A stretch of DNA of 64,000 nt from Candidatus Puniceispirillales bacterium. GTDB lineage: Bacteria; Pseudomonadota; Alphaproteobacteria; Puniceispirillales; GCA-002684695. Location of the stretch: assembly GCA_045565515.1 (NCBI GenBank), contig JBJLFF010000004.1, forward strand, positions 1,359-65,358. Direction: 5' to 3'. Under the pieces are notes generated by a model. The model worked only from the letters and a program-made list of their open reading frames with translations. It did no database searches and was not told where the DNA came from. The position numbers were made by a program, and so were the translations under genes. Positions 36,780 to 45,489 of this stretch are shown in pieces. Each line of letters begins with the position of its first letter. Positions within the stretch are counted from its first letter, which is position 1.

Positions 36780-37748
36780 ATGGTCATTAAAAAAATAAAA
36801 TTTTCAATTTTCTTAAAATTTATATTTTTGTTTATTTTACCTTTAACAGTTAACGCAGATTGTGTTTTTAATTGTCCTGAAACAGATAATAATCAAACTG
36901 AATTATTACCAGAAAATATGGGCACTAGATATTATGAAGATCAGCCTGACGTTAATGATGATTTTCAGATTCATTTCATTTATATGCTTGATAAAGACGG
37001 AAAAGATAATCAATGGGATATAAATGGTAAAATGGAAAGAGAGCTTGAGGAGCTTAATGAAGAAATGTTTCGTCTTACTGGAAACAAACAAAAATATAAG
37101 TTTGATTATAGAGAAGATGGGAAACTAGATATCACTTTTATAAGATTGGATAGAAAAGGGTCGCAGCAGGGCTGGAATAATAGTTATGCTGATTTCTTTA
37201 TTCAAAATTTAGGCTTTAATAATCCAAAAAAATTGTATTATATATGGGCTGACGTTGTCCATTCAAATGGAGGTCAGATGGGCGTCCATTCTGGTTATAC
37301 TTTTTTAAAAAGCCGGCATAATGATGGAAAAAAAAGAAGAATTAGAATTACCCTTCATGAATTGATGCATGGTCAAGGTTTTGCCTGGGAATGTACAGTT
37401 GGAAATCAAAATGGGCATGTGTTTGGACCAAGTATATTAAGTAATGAAAATTCTGCAAATCTTTTAGGAAGCATGATTTACAACCATAATAATAAAGGAT
37501 GTCCTGATTTAAAAGATTCAGTGTATTTAACTCCAACATCTGATGATCCATACGATCCTCTTCCAATGGTGTGTCATTTGGCTGAAAGATCAGGAAGAGC
37601 ACACGGAGGGTCTTATGGTTTCGGAAAGTTATGGCCTTCGAAATATAATCATAAAAAGTTTGAAAATATAAGAAAAGGGTCTTATTGGTGCACTTATAAA
37701 CTCTCAGAGTTTGCAAATGAAAAATATTTTAGAGGATGGAATAAATAG
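36780..37748 (+). CDS. Secreted protein with an HExxH zinc-metallopeptidase-like motif, family unknown
   Basis: Signal peptide (…FILPLTVNA/D), single HELMHGQG motif at RIRITLHELMHGQGFAWEC, several Cys residues. No other family signature recognised. Confidence 0.55.
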   Translation: MVIKKIKFSIFLKFIFLFILPLTVNADCVFNCPETDNNQTELLPENMGTRYYEDQPDVNDDFQIHFIYMLDKDGKDNQWDINGKMERELEELNEEMFRLTGNKQKYKFDYREDGKLDITFIRLDRKGSQQGWNNSYADFFIQNLGFNNPKKLYYIWADVVHSNGGQMGVHSGYTFLKSRHNDGKKRRIRITLHELMHGQGFAWECTVGNQNGHVFGPSILSNENSANLLGSMIYNHNNKGCPDLKDSVYLTPTSDDPYDPLPMVCHLAERSGRAHGGSYGFGKLWPSKYNHKKFENIRKGSYWCTYKLSEFANEKYFRGWNK

Positions 37749-37750
37749 AT

Positions 37751-38524
37751 TTATTTTTCCAGGTAGGCTTCAGTTAAAACTGGTATTGAAGTAAAACAAA
37801 AGGTGCCTTTGTCCTCAGCCTCCTTTAATTGTCTTTTCCATTCTTTTACCTTTTCTTCTTCCACGCCTTTATTTAATGCAAATGTAGCTATTAAAGTTTC
37901 AGCATATTTTGCAAATGAATTTTCATCTCTTTTTGTAAAAATATATGCTAATTCGCTAGTTTTTATGCCTTTAAAGCCTAAGTTTTTTAATTTACCATTA
38001 AGAAAAGTTGGTACCATTTGATGAGCGCAATGCTCTTTAAAAACATCATGCATTAGATCATTAAGTTTTTTTTCAGGCCCATGAAAGCGGTAATAATCCC
38101 AAAGAGTAGAAATATTAAAAAATTTAGATCTTGGTTTTAATAATCTTTTAGCCTCTAAAAGAGCAGAATCAATATCTTTAATGTATTCAAAAGTTTGAAT
38201 TGAAGTTACAGCATCAATACTATCATCTTCTAAATCTATTTTATTAGCTAAGCAACAATAGAAAAGAGTATTATCAAGTTCTGAACAAAGTTCTTCTGCA
38301 GAGTTAATTTGTGAAGTACTAGGGTCAATTCCAATTGCTTTGCCTTCTTGCCCAACACTTTTCGCGATATCTTCAATCAGGTGTCCGCCTCCACATCCAA
38401 TATCTAGGATCTTATCTCCTTTGCTGATATTAAGTGCCTTTATCATAGCTTGACGTCTGGAAATGCCTACATAACTTGCTGACATTTTTTGTTGGAGAAT
38501 ACTTTTATCGTTTTCAAATTTCAT
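37751..38524 (-). CDS. Class I SAM-dependent methyltransferase (Methyltransf_11-like)
   Basis: Motif I ILDIGCGGGH, acidic motif II (IGIDPS), post-II DAVTSIQTFEY..LLEAKRLLKP. Confidence 0.8.
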   Translation of the reverse strand: MKFENDKSILQQKMSASYVGISRRQAMIKALNISKGDKILDIGCGGGHLIEDIAKSVGQEGKAIGIDPSTSQINSAEELCSELDNTLFYCCLANKIDLEDDSIDAVTSIQTFEYIKDIDSALLEAKRLLKPRSKFFNISTLWDYYRFHGPEKKLNDLMHDVFKEHCAHQMVPTFLNGKLKNLGFKGIKTSELAYIFTKRDENSFAKYAETLIATFALNKGVEEEKVKEWKRQLKEAEDKGTFCFTSIPVLTEAYLEK

Positions 38525-38577
38525 TGGTAAAGTACAATCTTTTATTTAACTTTTTTATATATATAATAAAATTCAAT

Positions 38578-39504
38578 ATGAATAGATATCAAGATTTAAT
38601 TTTAAGAGCAAAAAAAGGTGAGACCATTCTAATGGACGGTGCCACAGGCACAGAGTGTGAAAGAAGAGGTGTTCCTCAATTAAAAAATGCTTGGAATGGA
38701 GGTGCTGCTCTCTCTCATCCTGAAATACTTATGGGAGTCCATAAAGATTATATCAAATCAGGATCAGAAATTATTATAAGCAACACATTTGCAAATACAA
38801 AGCATGCTCTTGAAGATGCAGGTCAGTCAGAAAACTTTGAAAAATATAACTTAGAAGGTGTTAGGCTTGCTATTGAGGCGAGAAAAAATTTATCTGAAAA
38901 TGTATTAGTTGCAGGAGGTATATCCTATTGGACATGGACAGGTCGAAAGCCTTCATTAAAAGAATTAAGGTCTTCAGTCGAGATGCAAGCTAAAATCATG
39001 GAAAGCTATGGAGCTGATTTTTTGATTTTAGAAATGATGGTTGATATAGAACAAATGACTGTAACGATTGAAGCAACAAAAAAAACTAAATTACCCCTAT
39101 GGGTTGGATTGACATGCTCAATTGATAAACAAGAAAACATTTTTTTAGGAGAAAAACTTGATAAGAATAAGGTTGGTGATAGTTTAGAAAGTGCTGTTAG
39201 AGTTATTGAAAATATTGGTGTAGATGCCATTTGCATTATGCATACAAAAATAGAAGATACATTAATATGTCTAAAAAAACTAAAAACTTTATGGAAAGGG
39301 CTTGTGGGTGTTTATCCAAATTCAAGTTCCTATAATAACTCAAATAATGTAAATTCTACTGAGTGGGCTTTTGAACAAGTGATACATAAAGAAAAATTTA
39401 TTGATTACGCCAAATCTTGGAATGATTTTGGAGTAGATTTTGTTGGAGGGTGTTGCGGCATTAATGTTGAGCATATTAAAGAGTTAGCAAAAATTATAAA
39501 ATAA
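38578..39504 (+). CDS. mmuM: Homocysteine S-methyltransferase family protein (MmuM/BHMT-like)
   Basis: N-terminal ILMDGATGTE, central Cys (GLTCS) and C-terminal GGCCGI zinc-ligand motif. ATG at 38578 preferred; the track ORF start 38476 adds 34 low-complexity residues that overlap the divergent gene. Confidence 0.85.
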   Translation: MNRYQDLILRAKKGETILMDGATGTECERRGVPQLKNAWNGGAALSHPEILMGVHKDYIKSGSEIIISNTFANTKHALEDAGQSENFEKYNLEGVRLAIEARKNLSENVLVAGGISYWTWTGRKPSLKELRSSVEMQAKIMESYGADFLILEMMVDIEQMTVTIEATKKTKLPLWVGLTCSIDKQENIFLGEKLDKNKVGDSLESAVRVIENIGVDAICIMHTKIEDTLICLKKLKTLWKGLVGVYPNSSSYNNSNNVNSTEWAFEQVIHKEKFIDYAKSWNDFGVDFVGGCCGINVEHIKELAKIIK

Positions 39505-39555
39505 TAAACAAAAACAATTTATTAATCAATAAAGTATATAAATTAGTTTAATTTA

Positions 39556-40513
39556 ATGGAAAGAAAAAATAAGGTTTTAAGAGGTATGGATCAAGGTTCG
39601 TTAAAGTTAATAGGTAACACTCCCTTTAATAAAATTACAAAATATTGAAATTCCAAATGATGTTGAGATTTGGTTGAAGTATGAAGCAGGAAATCCAACT
39701 GGTTCATATAAAGATAGAATGGCTTTGAGTGTTCTGACGCAAGCTCTAAAAGATGGCTTTTTAAAAAAAGGTGAACGAATTATAGAGTATACAGGAGGTA
39801 GCACTGGTTCTTCTTTAGCTTTTGTTTCAGCTTGTCTGGGACTTAATTTTACTGCAATTTTTTCAGATGCCTTTTCAGATTCAAAAAGGCAGACTATGGA
39901 AGCATTTGGAGCAAATGTAATCATTGAAAAAAGTAATGGTAAAGGAATTACGCCTGAGCTCATAGGAAAAATGAAAGAAAAAGCTTATAAATTATCAGAA
40001 GAGCCCAATTCTTTTTACGCTAATCAATTTGGATCAGAAAATGTTCTTAAAGGGTATATTCCATTAGGCCAAGAAATTAAAAAAGAATTAGATAGTTTTG
40101 ATGTATTTTGTGCATCAGTTGGAACTGGTGGCGCAATTATGGGAACTTGGGAAGGGTTGGATACTTCTTCAGCCGAATTAGTAGCTTTTGAGCCATTACA
40201 ATCACCTTTTTTGACAACTGGAAAAGGTGGAGCACATAAAGTCGAAGGTATAGGTGTTGGTTTTGAGCCACCTTTTATTGATAGAAAAAAATTAAATGAT
40301 ATTTATTGTATTGATCAAAATATTGCGTTTGAAATGTGCAGGAAATTAGCTAAAACAGAGGGTATTTTCTGTGGTGGGTCAACTGGAATGAATGTTTCTG
40401 GCGCAATCGAAATAGCAAAAAAACTAAAAAAGGGAAGTAAAATAGTTACTCTAGCATGTGACAACGGATTAAAATATTTAAACAGTCATATCTATAATCA
40501 ACAAAATCTTTAA
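39556..40513 (+). CDS. PLP-dependent cysteine synthase/cystathionine beta-synthase family protein, reading frame broken near the 5' end
   Basis: 39556-39645 encodes MERKNKVLRGMDQGSLKLIGNTPFNKITK and then hits an in-frame TGA (39646-39648). A 1-nt shift continues as IEIPNDVEIWLKYEAGNPTGSYKDRMA (PLP-lysine motif). Later motifs: TGGSTG, SVGTGG. Confidence 0.8.
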
Positions 40514-41184
40514 TTTGATACTTTGAAAAATAAATCTTGAATTACACAATCATTACCATTTATAGGCGTTAAATCTTGCGGGCATGAAGACATAACAACA
40601 ATAGTATTCATATAAGCTTTAAGTTCAATCTTATCAAAGGGTTTTGCTCTAGGCGCGAGCCACTGAATTTTACCATTTTGATCTACAGGAATATTCATCC
40701 ACAGATTTAAAGGAGAGGGAATAGCAGGTGCTCTTTCTCCAATTGCAATTAATGCCATTCTTAGATTATCAACACAGTTATCGTGATAATCTTTACATCC
40801 CAATTCTTGATAACGATGGTGGTCACATGAGGCAATCACTGTATCATGAAAACCTTCTGAAGTGTCCTTGATTATAGTAAACATTTTTTTTCTTGTATTT
40901 GATACTAAACTATCTCCATTTTTTGGCAAAATACCTCCAAGAGATGTGTGTAAATGCTCCATTGATAAATGCTCATGTAAATTTTCTGAATTAAAAGCCC
41001 AAAAATCACATACTTGTGTGCCTGATCGATTTTCTATTTCTATTATTTGATTTATTTTTAATTTAACTGCTATGCCACATCTAGCAGGTATTTTGTATGT
41101 AAAATTTATTTTTGGTGTTCCATCAATAGATATTCCAATTTGGAGAGATTGATTATTCCCATCAGGTTTTCCAGGATCAAACAT
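40510..41184 (-). CDS. DUF1989 (urea-carboxylase-associated family) protein
   Basis: Family-typical stretch IPARCGIAVKLKINQIIEIENRSGTQVCDFWAF ... HDTVIASCD ... HDNCVDNL ... VVMSSCPQD. Confidence 0.7.
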   Translation of the reverse strand: MFDPGKPDGNNQSLQIGISIDGTPKINFTYKIPARCGIAVKLKINQIIEIENRSGTQVCDFWAFNSENLHEHLSMEHLHTSLGGILPKNGDSLVSNTRKKMFTIIKDTSEGFHDTVIASCDHHRYQELGCKDYHDNCVDNLRMALIAIGERAPAIPSPLNLWMNIPVDQNGKIQWLAPRAKPFDKIELKAYMNTIVVMSSCPQDLTPINGNDCVIQDLFFKVSN

Positions 41185-41214
41185 ATTAAATTAATTTAAA
41201 ATATTAATAAAGTA

Positions 41215-43066
41215 TTATAAAGCTTCAATTTTTTTCCACACAGGATTGATTTTATTGTAAAAACCTAAATGCCAAAACTCAACTTCTTTTTTTACCAATC
41301 CAAAATTCAAAGCTTTTGTATATAATTCTTTTGCTCTTTTTTTATTGCCTTTTTCCATTTCAACAGCTGCATAAATTGCTGGAATTCTCCATTCTTTGAC
41401 ACTATCAATTTTACTTTTAAGCATATTTATAATTTCTTCATTTTTGTCTAACATATATAGAGTTGCAACATATTGTTTGGTAACAAAAAATCCATTATCG
41501 TTCGGCATTAGAAAAAGAGCCTTTTTTTGATATTCCAATGTTTTCTGAAAATTATTGCATACAAAATAAATTCCACCAGCAATAGTATAAATATCTACAC
41601 TTGGTTTTAAATCTAAGGCTTTTTCGATCAATTCAATCGACTTTTTGCAATCTTTAGAGAAAATGTGAATTTCAGTCATTGCTCTGAGCGCATAAGCTTC
41701 ATTATTTCCTAGATTATTAATTAGTCTTGTACTAATTAGGTCTAATTTTTCAATATCCTTTTTTACATCAATATTATTAGCCTTTTTGAAAAAAATATCA
41801 AAGTAAGTGAACCATCCATCTAGATAATCTAAAATATTCTGGTTAGCATTTGATTTTATTAGAGCTTTCATAAGATTTTCTCTATTTTTATATCCGTCTA
41901 GAGTTCCTTTTCTTCCTTCTCTCCTAATATTTAGGAATAAGGTATACTGTTCAAATGTCTCAAAGCCAAAATCTTCAAACCAGGTTGCAGCTTGTTGGCC
42001 AACTACTGCCTTTACTTGGAGTTCTTCTAAAATCTGCATTCCGATGTTATCTTGTACTTTGAAAATATCATCGAGTTTGAAATCCACTTTTTTTGACCAA
42101 ACGACATTATTTTTTGATAGATCGTTTAGCTCTAAGGTTAGGCGTCTATTATTACCAAATGACTGGACAGAACCTTGTATTATATAATTTGCATTGTATT
42201 CAGTTCTTATTCTCTGATCATCAAACTTATTTTCTTTAACATGAAAACTTGTACTGGAGGATAAAACGTTTATACCTTTATACTGTGATAAACTAGTGAT
42301 TATACTTTCTGTAATTGCTATATTTATAGCATCATCAGTTGAACCCAAATTATTTAGTGGTTTAACTAAAATTATAGGTAACTCGTCAATATTTTTTTCA
42401 CTTTTATATTTATTTTCAGTTACTTGTGTATTGTTATTAAAGTAAAATACTCCTCCTAATAGGATGACGATAAGAGCTGCTATACCCGCTACCATGGGTA
42501 GATTAAAAGAAGACTGAGATTTAATCTTTCTTTTTTGAGAAGGATCAAGAAGGATATCATAGGCATGGAAGGTATTTTGTTTGACTTTTTGAATGCCAAG
42601 ATCATTAAAGGTAACTTTTGTTTTAGGAACAACTAGATCATAAACACTTTTGGATATGGATATGCCATTAGGTTGGGCCAGGGCTTCAAGACGAGCAGCA
42701 ATATTAACACCATCACCTAGTAAGTTGCCATTCTTCATAACAACATCACCCATGTTGATGCCAATACGGAACTCTAGTTTTACTTCTGTCTTTTCACTTT
42801 CATTTCTTTTCTTTAGGCTATTTTGAAAGTCGACTGCACATTACAGCGTTCACTGCACTTGGAAACTCTGCCAGGACAGAGTCACCTGCAGTATTAAAGA
42901 TCGATCCTTTATATTTCTTTAATAGCTTATTGAGGATTGTCTCACATTGACCATAAGCTTTAAAAGTCGCACTCTCATCCTTTTCCATATGCTTGCTGTA
43001 GCCAACAACGTCAGCAACAAAGATAACAGCTATTTTACGATCGATCTCAGTGGAGGACATAAACAA
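41215..43066 (-). pseudogene. Class III adenylate/guanylate cyclase with TM segment and C-terminal TPR region, one frame disruption
   Basis: ORF 42818-43066 (IAVIFVADVVGYSKHMEKDE...GDSVLAEFPSAVNAV) and ORF 41215-42753 (..FRIGINMGDVVMKNGNLLGDGVNIAARLE...) form one cyclase domain. The downstream frame is open from 42840 (CAVDFQNSLKKRNESEKTEVKLEFRIGIN). The 1-nt shift lies at about 42841, not in a long homopolymer. Confidence 0.8.
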
Positions 43067-43184
43067 AAGTATTACTTTTTAGAGGTTTAATTCATGTGAT
43101 TTTAAAAGATCTAGTATCTTATTATTGCATATCATTAAGTTTTTAAATATGAGGATTTCTATCAGTGTATAATTTTAATAGTTT

Positions 43185-43562
43185 TTAATTATGTTCACTT
43201 GCTTGAGACATATTACCGCTAATATAAAAAGGAAACAGTTCTTCATTTTTACATAGTTCTGCGAGATATGAAATTATGGAATTATAAATAAAAGACCCAC
43301 TTGTAGTAGAAAATGGTACAACTTTTTTAATTCATGAACTTCAATCAAAGCATTTTCAGGCGGACCAAAATTATCAATAAAAATATCAAAAATTTCATCT
43401 AAGATACTGTTAATATTTGATTTTAGAGCAATTTTGGAATACTCTAAAGAAGAAATCCCTATTGTGAAAAAATTTATTTTCTTAGAGTAAAGAGCAGCCT
43501 ATATTGGAGCTTGGTTCACACCATTATTAGTAAAAACAACTAAAAGATCATTAGAATTTATT
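43185..43562 (-). pseudogene. Truncated, decayed SIS-domain (UPF0309-like) gene remnant
   Basis: Minus strand reads INSNDLLVVFTNNGVNQAPI*AALYSKKINFFTIGISSLEYSK...IFIDNFGPPENALIEVHELK, then after a frameshift in the T6 run at 43323-43328 reads KVVPFSTTSGSFIYNSIISYLAEL...YISGNMSQASEHN*. In-frame TAG at 43499-43501. The N-terminal half is absent because the aminotransferase stop codon abuts at 43563. Confidence 0.6.
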
Positions 43563-44465
43563 TTATAATATGTCTTCTATGTCTTCACTCCAATCTGGGT
43601 GTAGGTGTTTCTCCCAGTATAAGTCTTTAATTTTCTCAGTAATTTTTCCAGCTTTACCATTACCAATAAGCCTCCCATCAATTTTTGTAATTGGAATTAT
43701 GCCTCCTGCTGTCGATGTCGCAAAAGCTTCTATTGAGTTTTTAAACTCTTCTGATGATATGGGAGCTTCTTTAACTTCAATATTTAGTTCAATAGCTAAA
43801 TCAATAGCTGTTTGCCTTGTAACGCCCTCTAAAACACCTTTAGCAGGAGTTATTAAACAATTATTACTGAAAGAAAATATATTAAACCCTGGGCCCTCTA
43901 AAACATTATTTTCTTCATCAACTAAAACTGCAGTATAATGACCTCTTTCATATGCTTCATACATGCCATTTACTAAATCTAGCCAATGATAATTTTTTAC
44001 TCTGGGATCAACAGAATTTGGCGAAATTCTCTTGATTTTACTGATAGCCAAATCTAATCCTATATCAAATTTTTTAGGATCTAATATCCAGCCAAAAGGT
44101 ATTGCAAATGCTATAAATCTAGGAATAGATTTTCTAGGATCTCTATCAAATGTAGGGGACATACCTCTTGTTTGAATCATTTCTACATAAGAATTTTCAA
44201 AGTTAGCCCTTTTAACACACCCTGCTAAAATTTTCTTTAATTCGTTCCTTTCAATTTTACAAGGCATATGAATTTTTTTTGTAGAAGCATAGAACCTATC
44301 AATATGATGATCAAGTCTAAAAAACCTATTATTCCAAACATGGACAACATCATAAGTGGCATCAGATCTAAGAAAACCCCAGTCTAAAACAGGTATCTTT
44401 GCTTCCGATATATCAATAAATTTGCCGCCCATCCAAGCGGCACCCTTGGGAAAATGTTCTTCCAA
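43563..44465 (-). CDS. Class IV (branched-chain/D-amino-acid type) aminotransferase
   Basis: 300 aa, fold-type IV pattern (GFLRSDATYDVV.V.....FRLD.H..R...S, EGPGFNIF, GVTR). Confidence 0.85.
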   Translation of the reverse strand: MEEHFPKGAAWMGGKFIDISEAKIPVLDWGFLRSDATYDVVHVWNNRFFRLDHHIDRFYASTKKIHMPCKIERNELKKILAGCVKRANFENSYVEMIQTRGMSPTFDRDPRKSIPRFIAFAIPFGWILDPKKFDIGLDLAISKIKRISPNSVDPRVKNYHWLDLVNGMYEAYERGHYTAVLVDEENNVLEGPGFNIFSFSNNCLITPAKGVLEGVTRQTAIDLAIELNIEVKEAPISSEEFKNSIEAFATSTAGGIIPITKIDGRLIGNGKAGKITEKIKDLYWEKHLHPDWSEDIEDIL

Positions 44466-44548
44466 AATAACCTATTCACAAAAATTAATATTTCATTCTT
44501 AGTTCAATATATGTTAAATGAAAACAAATTTTATAATTGGAGGTATAT

Positions 44549-44905
44549 ATGGACCCTAATCTTCGTTCAACAATTCAAATTAATACTTTTTATTCTTTTT
44601 TAATTTCTGTATCATTTGCAATTATCACTCAATTAATAACAATGTTAGCAGTTGTTTTTGGAGATATTGCAGGAAAAGAACATGTTGTTGCTGCACCACT
44701 TATAGTGATTACATTGACAACTTCATTTGGGATGGTGAGAATGATGTTAAATTTGCGATTAATCATAAGTGACATGGATGACAAAATGGCTCAAACTAAC
44801 TTTGGAAGAGAAACTATGAAAATACCTGTTCATATTTTGGGGTTTATATTTTCAGGTTTATTTTTAATAAGCGCAATAGTTCTATTGTCATCTATTTATA
44901 GTTAA
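44549..44905 (+). CDS. Small integral membrane protein, unknown function
   Basis: Three hydrophobic segments. ATG at 44549 is preceded by GGAGG; the track start 44537 is a TTG. Confidence 0.5.
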   Translation: MDPNLRSTIQINTFYSFLISVSFAIITQLITMLAVVFGDIAGKEHVVAAPLIVITLTTSFGMVRMMLNLRLIISDMDDKMAQTNFGRETMKIPVHILGFIFSGLFLISAIVLLSSIYS

Positions 44906-44921
44906 AAAACTACAGTTATTT

Positions 44922-44952
44922 AAGTGATCACAAAGTATGTGATCACTTTTTT
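44922..44952 (+). terminator. Rho-independent terminator between convergent genes
   Basis: 11-bp stem AAGTGATCACA / TGTGATCACTT, loop AAGTA, T run to 44952. Confidence 0.6.
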
Positions 44953-44956
44953 AAAT

Positions 44957-45352
44957 CTAATCTTCTTCTTTTAATTCATCATCAAATTTATTAATTTCTA
45001 ATCTGTAAACAATCATATTAGTAATTATTTGAAATAAATATCCATAAAATATTGGAAGCATAGCCACTGCAAAGGCTGAACTAAACAACTCCATATCTAG
45101 GATCATTTTTCTGTTTGCCATTAAGACTATACCAATAATAAACCCAATCCAACCCATTCTGACTGCTCCAAATCCAAAATTATCCAATCTGTCAATAGTG
45201 TCACCGCCTGCAGAAAACGAATAAATTAAAGCCCCCAAAACAACAATTATAAGCGATGGCATATCCATAAATATTCCGACAGAATCAACTGAAAGTATTG
45301 TTGCTGTTATTAATCCTATAAATAAAATAATTCCTAAAAATAAATTAAACAT
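44957..45352 (-). CDS. 131-aa four-TM protein resembling a loop-less MotA/TolQ/ExbB-type channel core
   Basis: N-terminal GIFMDMPSLIIVVLGALIYSF resembles the MotA TM1-TM2 region. RMGWIGFIIGIVLMA ... AFAVAMLPIFYGYLF resembles the TM3-TM4 core of MotA/PomA. Comparison is from memory, not an HMM. Confidence 0.45.
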   Translation of the reverse strand: MFNLFLGIILFIGLITATILSVDSVGIFMDMPSLIIVVLGALIYSFSAGGDTIDRLDNFGFGAVRMGWIGFIIGIVLMANRKMILDMELFSSAFAVAMLPIFYGYLFQIITNMIVYRLEINKFDDELKEED

Positions 45353-45489
45353 TAGTACTCCTTTTCTTGTCTATTAAATAAAAAACAAAGAATTTTATTA
45401 TTTAAGGTGTATAGATACACTTAAATAATTAATTAGGATATTATTTTTACCAATATAAATTTTATTAATTTTAGATTTTATTCAGTTTT

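Noticed and set aside
38476-38577. N-terminal 34-residue extension of the homocysteine methyltransferase ORF
   Set aside because: The extension is low-complexity (F/Y/I-rich), overlaps the divergent methyltransferase gene start, and precedes a good ATG at 38578 followed by the family N-terminus.
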